35,404 bases of DNA. Origin: an uncultured Acidisphaera sp. (lineage in GTDB: Bacteria; Pseudomonadota; Alphaproteobacteria; Acetobacterales; Acetobacteraceae). The notes under the pieces are model-generated. The model searched no databases, was not told the DNA's origin, and saw only the letters and a program-made list of their open reading frames with translations. The translations under genes and the position numbers were made by a program. Where the stretch lies: assembly GCA_964250825.1 (NCBI GenBank), contig CAXUIE010000002.1, forward strand, positions 5,072 to 40,475. Direction: 5' to 3'. Positions 14,703 through 22,498 of the stretch are shown here, in pieces. Position 1 is the stretch's first letter; every line of letters starts with the position of its first letter.

Positions 14703-17060
14703 TCAGAACGTTACACGTAGTCCGCCGAAGCCGCCCACGGGAGCCGCGATGCTGTAGCTTCGCGTGTTCGTCGCCCCGGGCGCTTGCACGATCGGAATGG
14801 CCGAAGTGGGAGAGAACGTGCCGTAGGTGTAGTAGCGGGCGTTCGCGACGTTGCGGACCAAGCCGAACAGCTCGACCCCCGGCGCGATCCGGTAGCTCGT
14901 GTTGAAGTTGAGGACGAAGTAGCCGGGCGTCGTTGGCGTCAGGTTCGCCTCGTCGCCGAACAGCACCTGCCCGCTTGCGGCGAGCGCGGTGGCGCCCACG
15001 GTCCACGCCTTCGTCACTCGCCAGTTCGCGCCGATCTTGAGCAAGTGGCGCGGGATGCCGGGCAAGCGGTCGCCCGGGCGGATCGTGATGTTGCCGTTCG
15101 CGTCCGCTCCGGGATTGTAAGGGCTGGCCGCGGTGAAGCCGGAGCCGAACGTCGCGTCGATCAACGAATAGTTCGCGTAGGCGGACCAGCGCCCGGCGGT
15201 CAGCGACAGCCCGGCGTCCACGCCTTGCCGGCGCGTTTGTCCGACGTTCTCAAAGAACGCGCGGCCGACCACGCTGCTGTTCACGAACAGGATGTCGTCG
15301 TCGAGGTTGGTGTGAAAATAGCCGGCGTTCCAGCTGAGCGCCGTGCCGTCGAACGGGTGGAACCGGCCGCGCAGCCCGGCTTCAACCGTGTGGCCGACAA
15401 CCTGCTTGAGGTTCGGGTCGCCCACGAAGAAGTTGGCGAGCGAGCAGGGCGACGCCGCGTCCGCGCAGGACAGTTCGGCGGGCGTCGGTGCCCGGCTGGA
15501 TTCCGCGTAGCTCGCGTAGGGGGTGAGCCAATCGGCCACGCGCCAGGCAATGCCGACGCTCGGGTTGAAGCGGCTGTAGACGTGCACGCCGTTCAAGGCG
15601 GTCCCGTTCTGGTCGGCGAGATTGGTCTGGATGTTGTTGAACCGTCCTCCGACCGTCAGCGACAGGCGCTGCGTCAGGTCGAGCGTGTCGGTGCCGAACA
15701 GACCGAACGTGTTGTTCGTGATGCCTAGCCGCACCGGCGCGATCGATCCATCAGGCTGGTCGATGGTGATGCCCGGCCCGATAAAAGCGCGCGAGGCAAG
15801 CGCAAGGCCGCCAATATCGGATGCGGCGCTGAATATGGTGTTCGCGCCGTCATAGCTGCCGCCCATCGTGATCTGGTTGGGCAAGCCGAACACCGCTCTC
15901 CGGTCCGTCATCTGGAGAGAGGCACCGTAGCCGTTGGTGTCGGTCGACTGCCGGTCCAGCTGCGAATAAGGGCCGCCCGCGAGGAAATCCGGGACCGGGC
16001 TGCCACCTCGGTCGATGACCGGGTTACCGTTTTGATCGCACAGGCCGCCGCCGCCACTGGAGCATGATGTGATCCCGGTGACGTTGCCGTTGGCGACCCT
16101 CTGCTGGAAGCTGTCGTAGTAGGCGACGGTCGCGAGTGAAGTGGTGGGGCCGAGCTCGAAGCTGCCATTGAGATCGAGCAGCCCATAGGTGTTGGCGACT
16201 TGGTTCGGCAAGGTGAACGCTTGGCGCGGGTCGGCCGCGATGAGCTCGACCGGCGACGTCCCCGGCCCGTTCAGCGTGTTGTCCGCCCCGGCAATGCTGA
16301 GATGCAACTCGCCCCGCTCGCCGCGCCAGCCGACGTCGCCGAAGATGTTGTAAACGTCCGACGATTGCTGGTCGCGCCACCCGCTCTCATGCGCTGCGGT
16401 CCCGGCGACGTAGGCCGCGGTTCCGTCGCGCTCGGCGCCGTACTGGAACTGGCCCTCGACGCGACCAAACGAGCCGCCGTCGCCGATCAGCTCGCCGCCG
16501 TGGAACGTGAACCCGTTCTTCGTTTGAATGGACAGCGCTCCACCAAGCGCGTTCAGCCCATAGACGGGGTTGGCGCCGACCAGGTTGACCTCATCGATGG
16601 CGTTGTCCGGCAGCAGGTCCCAGTTGACCGTGTCGCCGAACGGCTGGTTGAAGCGAACGCCATCGAGGTAAACGGCGAGGCCTTGCGCGTTGCCCTGCAG
16701 TGGCGACGCCTGAAAGCCGTGGTAATACAGGTTGGGCTGGAACGGGTTGCCGGCCGCGTCGTCCAGCGTGACGCCAGGCGTGGTGTCTCGGAGCGCCCGC
16801 AGCAGAGAAGGGTTGCCCTCCCGCTCGAGATCCTGACTTGTCAGCACGCTGGTTTCGCCTGGAACCTTGTCCCGATCGATCCCCGATCCGAGCAGCGGCG
16901 TGGTGCCGACGACCTCGACCGGGGGCAGCGTAGTGGCAGGGGGCGGCGACGGAGGGTCGACAGGCGGTTCCGCTGCGGCCGCGAGCGTCTGGCTGGCTAC
17001 GGCGACGGCAGCCGCGTGCAGCAGCGCGGAGCGGCCAAACGACTTGCGAAGGGTCGGCAC
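14703..17060 (-). CDS. TonB-dependent outer-membrane receptor
   Basis: 785 aa with a signal peptide, Pro-rich linker and TonB-box-like LPPVEVVG. Plug-domain blocks are present (GVTLDDAAGNPFQPNLYYHGF, VYLDGVRFNQPFGDTVNWD). C-terminal barrel ends in ..GGLRVTF. The stop is only 24 nt upstream of the pqqB ORF. Confidence 0.93.
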   Translation of the reverse strand: MPTLRKSFGRSALLHAAAVAVASQTLAAAAEPPVDPPSPPPATTLPPVEVVGTTPLLGSGIDRDKVPGETSVLTSQDLEREGNPSLLRALRDTTPGVTLDDAAGNPFQPNLYYHGFQASPLQGNAQGLAVYLDGVRFNQPFGDTVNWDLLPDNAIDEVNLVGANPVYGLNALGGALSIQTKNGFTFHGGELIGDGGSFGRVEGQFQYGAERDGTAAYVAGTAAHESGWRDQQSSDVYNIFGDVGWRGERGELHLSIAGADNTLNGPGTSPVELIAADPRQAFTLPNQVANTYGLLDLNGSFELGPTTSLATVAYYDSFQQRVANGNVTGITSCSSGGGGLCDQNGNPVIDRGGSPVPDFLAGGPYSQLDRQSTDTNGYGASLQMTDRRAVFGLPNQITMGGSYDGANTIFSAASDIGGLALASRAFIGPGITIDQPDGSIAPVRLGITNNTFGLFGTDTLDLTQRLSLTVGGRFNNIQTNLADQNGTALNGVHVYSRFNPSVGIAWRVADWLTPYASYAESSRAPTPAELSCADAASPCSLANFFVGDPNLKQVVGHTVEAGLRGRFHPFDGTALSWNAGYFHTNLDDDILFVNSSVVGRAFFENVGQTRRQGVDAGLSLTAGRWSAYANYSLIDATFGSGFTAASPYNPGADANGNITIRPGDRLPGIPRHLLKIGANWRVTKAWTVGATALAASGQVLFGDEANLTPTTPGYFVLNFNTSYRIAPGVELFGLVRNVANARYYTYGTFSPTSAIPIVQAPGATNTRSYSIAAPVGGFGGLRVTF

Positions 17061-17069
17061 CTCAGGCGG

Positions 17070-18296
17070 TCAGAACCGGCACGCCGTTTCCGGAGCATCG
17101 ACGCCGAGCGTGTCCAGCACGTTCGTTTGATGGAGAAACTGCGGCAGCGGCGCGCGCTCGATCACGGCGTCCGCGGTGCTGAGCAGCACGGGCGCCCGCA
17201 GTTGATGATCCCACGGCCGAAAGCTTCCGGGATTGCCTTTCACCGTGTCAAGGTTGAGCTTGTCGCTCAGCAGCACCGCCTTCACCGCTTCGAAACTGGT
17301 CGAGCGCGCCTGCACAGTGGCCTGCGTGACGGCCTTTACCGCCTCCCACGCCGCCCAGTCGGCGCCCCCCATCCGACGTGGCGGCACCGTCCTCTCGTAG
17401 CGGTGCTGCAATTGCACGGCGGCATCGCGGTCCCAGCTCCAGGACCATGCCGTCGGCATCAGGCCGGCGCTGCCGACGACCGGGCGGGGAAGGTTTGTCT
17501 GGTAGGGGATGAAGCGGCCGAACTCGCCGCTGCTGTCGGCCACGTATACGACGTCGTAGCGTGGCCCCTCGGTCATCAGCGCCACGTTGCTTTGCTCGCG
17601 GTGGCGCGGATCGTTGGACAGCAGGAATGGCCTGGTCTCGACGATTTTGGCGCCGAACTTCTTCGCCGAGCGCTGCAAAGCTGCGACGGAGTGGGCATCG
17701 TCCGGCGACGGCCCCTGCAGAACGAGTATTTGCGGCCACCCCTTGGCGACGAGAAATTGGATGAGGGCGTCCGACAGCATCGATCGGCTCGGATAAGTGT
17801 GGAGCAGCACGGGCGAGCAATCGGCGCCGCGGAGCGCGTCGTCGGGAGCGGAAACGTTGAATATCAACACGGGCTTGCCGGCGAACCGGCGGCCCAGGTC
17901 GGCCAATGTCGCCGCCGGCAGGTCGGCTACGATGAAGTGGACATCTTCCGTGTCGCTCCAGCGCGCGATCCGCTGGGCGATCTCGTCGGGGGACGCTCCG
18001 GCGAATCGGTTCAACGCGAACGCGACGCCGATCACGCGCCCGACCGCGCGCGCGTCGTCGAGCGCCACCTGGCTGCCGCCGAAAGGCCGTCCGACATCGG
18101 TAAACAGGATGCCCGAACGCGCGCCCTTGTCGGCGTAGCGTTCGTCATCGGCCAGCTCGACATAGCCGAGCGTCATCGGCTTGAGCGCGGGGGTCTCGGC
18201 CGGCGCGGCGGCCCGCGGCCCGATCGCGCACAGGAGGGCTGCCGCCCACGCCAGAAATCCGCACCGAACGCGCTGAAACCATCCCGCCCGTGCCAT
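17070..18296 (-). CDS. Periplasmic substrate-binding protein (Leu/Ile/Val-binding fold) of the type associated with PQQ-dehydrogenase systems; no cognate permease or ATPase in the window
   Basis: Start ATG 18294-18296 (MARAGWFQRVRCGFLAWAAALLCAIGPRAAA, signal-like). The body (TLGYVELADDERY..VLIFNVSAPDDALR..ILVLQGPSPDD) resembles the PQQ-ADH-system ABC binding-protein family. The track ORF to 19073 is an unsupported extension. The stop lies 9 nt before the TonB-receptor start. Confidence 0.8.
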   Translation of the reverse strand: MARAGWFQRVRCGFLAWAAALLCAIGPRAAAPAETPALKPMTLGYVELADDERYADKGARSGILFTDVGRPFGGSQVALDDARAVGRVIGVAFALNRFAGASPDEIAQRIARWSDTEDVHFIVADLPAATLADLGRRFAGKPVLIFNVSAPDDALRGADCSPVLLHTYPSRSMLSDALIQFLVAKGWPQILVLQGPSPDDAHSVAALQRSAKKFGAKIVETRPFLLSNDPRHREQSNVALMTEGPRYDVVYVADSSGEFGRFIPYQTNLPRPVVGSAGLMPTAWSWSWDRDAAVQLQHRYERTVPPRRMGGADWAAWEAVKAVTQATVQARSTSFEAVKAVLLSDKLNLDTVKGNPGSFRPWDHQLRAPVLLSTADAVIERAPLPQFLHQTNVLDTLGVDAPETACRF

Positions 18297-18500
18297 TCGG
18301 TGACGCCTACCCTCCCATTTTGCCCTGACGCGTTCCGTCCGCCAGTGTGATCCAGGAAAAACGGCGCAGCAACGGCCGAGGCTTTCATCGATCGCGACGG
18401 CAACCCGGTAGACGCCCCGTTCGTTACCGCTCGCGTAAACAAATGTCGCGGGACGGCGGCTCGCTTGTCGTTCCGACGGCAAAACGGGGGGATAGGAAGC

Positions 18501-18746
18501 ATGGGCCCATTGAAAACAACTTTGGCCATCGTCGGGCTGGTGGTTGTGGCGGGCGTCGGCGCGCCGGCGCATTCGCAGACCGACCCGTCCAAGACCGGCA
18601 CCGGGCCGCGCGGAACGGCGGTTGGGCCGTCGACGGAACCCTCGCCCAACTCCAACGGCACCGGCAACGCGAGCTCCGGGGCGAACTCGGGCAAGGCGAG
18701 CGTGTCCAACAAGTCGAATCGACCCGCTCAAGGCGACAGCCGCTGA
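18501..18746 (+). CDS. Small secreted Gly/Ser/Pro/Asn-rich protein (81 aa)
   Basis: ATG at 18501 is preceded by GGGGGGATAGGAAG. Signal peptide MGPLKTTLAIVGLVVVAGVGAPAHS, followed by a low-complexity tail. No domain recognised. Confidence 0.45.
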   Translation: MGPLKTTLAIVGLVVVAGVGAPAHSQTDPSKTGTGPRGTAVGPSTEPSPNSNGTGNASSGANSGKASVSNKSNRPAQGDSR

Positions 18747-18822
18747 GGTATCCAGCCTGCGCCCAACCGGCCGGCCCAGCGACGGCGGGGGCGACGGTTT
18801 GAGCACGACCGACGGTCCAAAC

Positions 18823-19377
18823 GTGTATCTCGCGGGCCCAGACGTGTTTTTGCCGCACGCCCGCGAGCAAGCCGCCCGAAAGGCGGTCATTTGCGCCTTG
18901 CATGGTCTGGTCGGTCGATCGCCCTTGAACGAGGACGTGCCTGATCTCGTGGCGCTTCCCGACGAAGACGCTTGGCGGACGATCTTCCGCAAGGATGTCG
19001 CCATGATGGAGGGGTGTGCCGCGATCGTAGCCAACCTGACCCCGTTCCGTGGTCCATCCGCGGACCCCGGCACGCTCGTCGAGCTCGGGTGGTTTCTGGG
19101 TCGTGGGAGGCTCGTGTTCGGCTATTCGAACTCCGCGTTATCCTTTGACGAGCGCAGCCGCCATTATGTGAGGGCCTTCCCCGACCCGCATCCCGGTCTC
19201 TCCGTGGAGGATTTCGGCTTGCCGGACAATCTTATGATCCCGGGGGCCGTGGTCGCGGGCGGTGGCCAGTCGATGGCGGTTCCGCTGGATGGTCGTGATC
19301 GCCCGTTCGACGCGCTCGACGTGTTCGCGCGCTGCGTAGCGCTCGCGGCGCGACAGCTGCGGGCTGGGAGAGCCTGA
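18823..19377 (+). CDS. Nucleoside 2-deoxyribosyltransferase-family protein
   Basis: Family-typical N-terminus (V/M)YLAGPDVFLP, and NLTPFRGPSADPGTLVELGWFLGRGRLVFGY. No in-frame ATG. GTG at 18823 is preferred and TTG at 18799 is an alternative. Upstream residues of the track ORF are Arg/Pro shadow-like. Confidence 0.8.
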   Translation: MYLAGPDVFLPHAREQAARKAVICALHGLVGRSPLNEDVPDLVALPDEDAWRTIFRKDVAMMEGCAAIVANLTPFRGPSADPGTLVELGWFLGRGRLVFGYSNSALSFDERSRHYVRAFPDPHPGLSVEDFGLPDNLMIPGAVVAGGGQSMAVPLDGRDRPFDALDVFARCVALAARQLRAGRA

Positions 19378-19384
19378 GCGCCAA

Positions 19385-19648
19385 TCAGCCCCTTGAACGG
19401 GCGGCTCGGGCGCGGTCGCGGCCGGGCCCACGTTGGTTCAGTTGGGACAATCGTTTCAAGCACGCCGGGCAGGTGACGTGATGGCCGGGCGGTTCAGCCC
19501 ATTCGGAGCGCGCCCCAGGTTCGGCGGTGCAAAGGGCGATGCGGCAGTTCGGCGTGACGGCGTGGTAAACGGAACTCCTGGCGCGCGGGCCAGCCTTGCG
19601 CAAGGCCACGAATACACGGCCCGACACGGAAAGGACGTTGGAGGGCAT
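19385..19648 (-). CDS. Hypothetical small protein with a possible zinc-ribbon (C-x4-C ... C-x2-C)
   Basis: ATG at 19646-19648. The 87 aa include ..YHAVTPNCRIALCTAEPG..HHVTCPACLKRL. This is a weak call with no SD inspected and no known family. Confidence 0.3.
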   Translation of the reverse strand: MPSNVLSVSGRVFVALRKAGPRARSSVYHAVTPNCRIALCTAEPGARSEWAEPPGHHVTCPACLKRLSQLNQRGPGRDRARAARSRG

Positions 19649-19805
19649 GGGCGCTCTCGATGGCTGCGTTCCGAAGTCGCGCGGCCGGGTGGTCGGCAGC
19701 CGCGCGGAGTGTCTGAGGAGTAGAACGCGCCGAGACTGCCATGCTTGAAGCCACGCCGCCAAGCCCGGCCGAACGAGCGATCGCCCGCATGGTCTCATCC
19801 CCGGG

Positions 19806-20105
19806 TCAGATTTGCCGGCGGGCGGCTTCCTTGCGTCTCCATGTGCGGCGCCAATCGGAAGGGGGCGGGGAAGCATTGTGATGATCCGCGAGCACGGATA
19901 ACCATGCCGCAACGCTGGACGGTATGCTGGTCCTGCCCTGTTCCCAGTGCCAAACGGTCACCCTCGAGCAGTCCAGCTGCCGGGCGACCTCGGCGATCGA
20001 CCAGCCAATCGTATCGAGGCAACGTCGGAACCACGGTCCGTCGACGCTTGCTTTATCCTGCCGGACGACGCCTAGAAATTCTGTGCTGCTGGAAAGTGTT
20101 TTCAT
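19806..20105 (-). CDS. Small HTH (XRE/Cro-like) DNA-binding protein
   Basis: ATG at 20103-20105 (MKTLSS..). HTH-like segment LDTIGWSIAEVARQLDCSRVTVWHWEQGRTSIP. An AT-rich spacer lies upstream, and no clear SD is seen. Confidence 0.55.
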   Translation of the reverse strand: MKTLSSSTEFLGVVRQDKASVDGPWFRRCLDTIGWSIAEVARQLDCSRVTVWHWEQGRTSIPSSVAAWLSVLADHHNASPPPSDWRRTWRRKEAARRQI

Positions 20106-20199
20106 GTTCACGACAATAAAATGGTTTGAGGGAAGGTCAGTGTTTGACGAGTTCGAGGTTAATCCGTGCTCTGCTCTACTCCCGGCTTCGAGAAATGTT

Positions 20200-21387
20200 C
20201 TAAGATGGGGCGGCCGTCGATGTTTCCGGGACGGGGCCGGCTTCCCGCAGGTTGGAGACGCGTCGCCTCCAATCGTCTCCATGCGCTCGCACCTTTCGCG
20301 CGATGCGCGTCAAAGCGGGCTTCGCGCGGCCGGCGCCTGTCTCCGCAACGAGCGCCACCCAGCCGAGCGGCGTGCGGGCACCCGTGAACGATGCGAGCTC
20401 GGACCTCATGTCAGCGAAGCGGTCCTTGTACGTCTCGTCCCCGCAAAGGAAATCGACCATGGCGAAGCCATTGTCGATCGCCCAGCGGATGTATTCGACC
20501 ATCAGGATCGTGCCTGGCGAGGCGCGGTCAAACGTCGGATCATAGGCGGCGACGAACGCGAGCAGCCGGTCACGGTCCACGATATTGAGGGAGGCCGCGA
20601 CGATCTGCCCGTCGCACTCCAGCACGAACAGCCGCAGCGATCCGGCTCGCGCCAACATTTGGACGAGCGCGCGCAGCAACGCGGCGTCGTTTTGTAGCAC
20701 GGGCGGGGACACGCGGCGCTCGTCCGCCCAGCTCTGCTTGAGCGCGCAGATGCGATCCAGCGCGGCGGCGATGTCCTCGTCGTGCTCCAGAAGCCGGAAA
20801 CCGACCGGCCCCGATGTTTCCAAGATGCGCCAGCCGCGCGCGTGATTGTTCCGCCCCTTCTTGCCGAGGGTCTGGAACCAGGCCTTGCTGCTCGTCCATT
20901 CCCGCAAGTTGACGCCGGTCGCGAGGGCGGCTCGATGACTGGGGCGGAGCCTCACCGACTTCGACGCCGTGACGCCCGCCAGCAATTGAGCGTTCGCGTC
21001 GTGCCGCATCCGAGCGATGTAGGCGAGGTCGAAGCGGGATCCAGCGCTGACATGACGCCACAGCGAGACAACCAGATCGACCTTGTCGAGTTCCGGCGCG
21101 ATCATGACGTCGCAATAATCGCTGCAATCCTTGGCGGCCCACTCCAGCACCCGCAAGCCGCGATATCGGCGCGTGATCAGCGGCGCCACCGCGACGAGAT
21201 CGTCGCGGTGCCAGGCGAGCACAAGATTGAGGCGAAAGCCGTTCGGTTCGCCGGCCGCGCGCCACCAGGCGCCCAGCCAGTCGAAGCGCTGGAACACATT
21301 GCCGTCGGCGCGGGCCCACAAGGCCTTCCACGCGCCCTCGAGTTGCCAGAACCGATCGGGCGTACGGACGGTTTCGAGCCTAATCAT
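20200..21387 (-). CDS. GNAT/FemAB-like acyltransferase of the CelD/BioF2-like family (polysaccharide-associated)
   Basis: 395 aa with blocks FQRFDWLGAWW, LNIVDRDRLLAFVAAYDPTFDRASPGTILMVEYIRWAIDNGFAMVDFLCGDETYKDRF typical of CelD-like acetyltransferases. The ATG overlaps the upstream stop (ATGA). Confidence 0.8.
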   Translation of the reverse strand: MIRLETVRTPDRFWQLEGAWKALWARADGNVFQRFDWLGAWWRAAGEPNGFRLNLVLAWHRDDLVAVAPLITRRYRGLRVLEWAAKDCSDYCDVMIAPELDKVDLVVSLWRHVSAGSRFDLAYIARMRHDANAQLLAGVTASKSVRLRPSHRAALATGVNLREWTSSKAWFQTLGKKGRNNHARGWRILETSGPVGFRLLEHDEDIAAALDRICALKQSWADERRVSPPVLQNDAALLRALVQMLARAGSLRLFVLECDGQIVAASLNIVDRDRLLAFVAAYDPTFDRASPGTILMVEYIRWAIDNGFAMVDFLCGDETYKDRFADMRSELASFTGARTPLGWVALVAETGAGRAKPALTRIARKVRAHGDDWRRRVSNLREAGPVPETSTAAPS

Positions 21388-22382
21388 GGCGCGGCCCGTT
21401 GCGCCGGACCTGCGGACGCGGGAAGCCGACGTGGCCAGGCCCGCGTCGCCATGCGCCGCAACGGCAGCACGTAGAGCCCCGATAATGATTGGTACTCACG
21501 ACTATTCTCTCCTGAAAGACCGAAGGTGAAACTCTCGCCGGGTTGGGGGACGACAAGCGTGCCGAACAGGCGATCCCAGACCGACAGCATCAATCCGAAA
21601 TTCTTGTCATGATGTTCGACAGCGACGCTATGATGCAGCTGGTGATAGTGCGGACAAAGCACGATGGCGTTGCCGACACGGCCGAACGAGACCTTCAGAT
21701 GCGTATGTCGCACGAAATCCATCATGAGGATGTTTCGCATCACGTACACATTGATGCCGAAGATCGTCAGCTCGACCGGGTCGAGGGCGAAGAACAACCA
21801 TACGCCGTAGACGATGCCGACCACGAGGGCGTCCCACATCCGGTTCATGATCTCGTCGAGGGGATGGATCCTGTCCTTCGTCACACCAACCATCACTTCG
21901 GCCGAGTGATGCACCTTGTGCAGCTCCCACAACACCGGGAACCGGTGCTGCGCGCGGTGGTAGACGTAGTAGGACAGATCGAAGGCCAGCAGCATGGTGA
22001 GCGTGAACAAACACAGCATCCACCACCCTGCCGGCCCCGGAACGTGGTGGCCCGATCCGAGAACGGTCGTCAGCAGGAGATGCGTGATGTAGCCCACCGC
22101 CGCGATCATGGCGACCGCGGATGGCACCAGGATCAAGGGCATCACCATGCGCCGCGTGATCCAGAACAGGAAATCCGCGCGAGCGGACGGATGCCGGAGC
22201 ACGTCCCGCGGGAACGCGTAAGACGCGAAGCCGCGCAAGGACGGCAGCCTTCCCGCAGAGCGGACGTACATCATCGCCGACGCGAGCACGCAGCTCCCTA
22301 ACAGCAACGCAAGGGCCGCCACGTTCCCCGTGGTGAGCTTGCTCAGCACCGCGTTGCCGATCGCGGCAGCATTAATGGTCAC
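21384..22382 (-). CDS. Fatty acid hydroxylase / sterol desaturase superfamily membrane protein
   Basis: His boxes HRAQH, HKVHHS and HYHQLHHS, with multiple TM segments. GTG start is preceded by AGGAGA. Confidence 0.88.
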   Translation of the reverse strand: MTINAAAIGNAVLSKLTTGNVAALALLLGSCVLASAMMYVRSAGRLPSLRGFASYAFPRDVLRHPSARADFLFWITRRMVMPLILVPSAVAMIAAVGYITHLLLTTVLGSGHHVPGPAGWWMLCLFTLTMLLAFDLSYYVYHRAQHRFPVLWELHKVHHSAEVMVGVTKDRIHPLDEIMNRMWDALVVGIVYGVWLFFALDPVELTIFGINVYVMRNILMMDFVRHTHLKVSFGRVGNAIVLCPHYHQLHHSVAVEHHDKNFGLMLSVWDRLFGTLVVPQPGESFTFGLSGENSREYQSLSGLYVLPLRRMATRAWPRRLPASAGPAQRAAP

Positions 22383-22498
22383 GCTACTCTCCTCTCAACT
22401 ATTCAAATCGCGCGATCGTCAAATGTCCGGAGCTAGCCCGCCCAAATGCTTGCGGGCCGGCAAGGCTCGCGCGTCGAGGGGGTTTGGCCCTGTCGCGC

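Noticed and set aside
16200-18350. 716-aa plus-strand ORF
   Set aside because: It is antisense to the TonB receptor and binding-protein genes, and the translation is Arg/Gly/Val-rich and low-information.
18400-18425. GCAAC-N17-CGTT (plus strand) upstream of the small secreted gene, a possible second EcfG-type promoter
   Set aside because: The -35 element is imperfect (GCAAC, not GGAAC). Such near-matches are expected by chance in GC-rich DNA, so it is not reported as a feature.
18297-19073. N-terminal 259-aa extension of the binding-protein ORF (track 17070-19073)
   Set aside because: The extension is Arg/Pro/Gly-rich with no signal peptide. It runs antisense through the plus-strand small secreted gene and the deoxyribosyltransferase gene. 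An internal ATG at 18296 gives a proper signal peptide.
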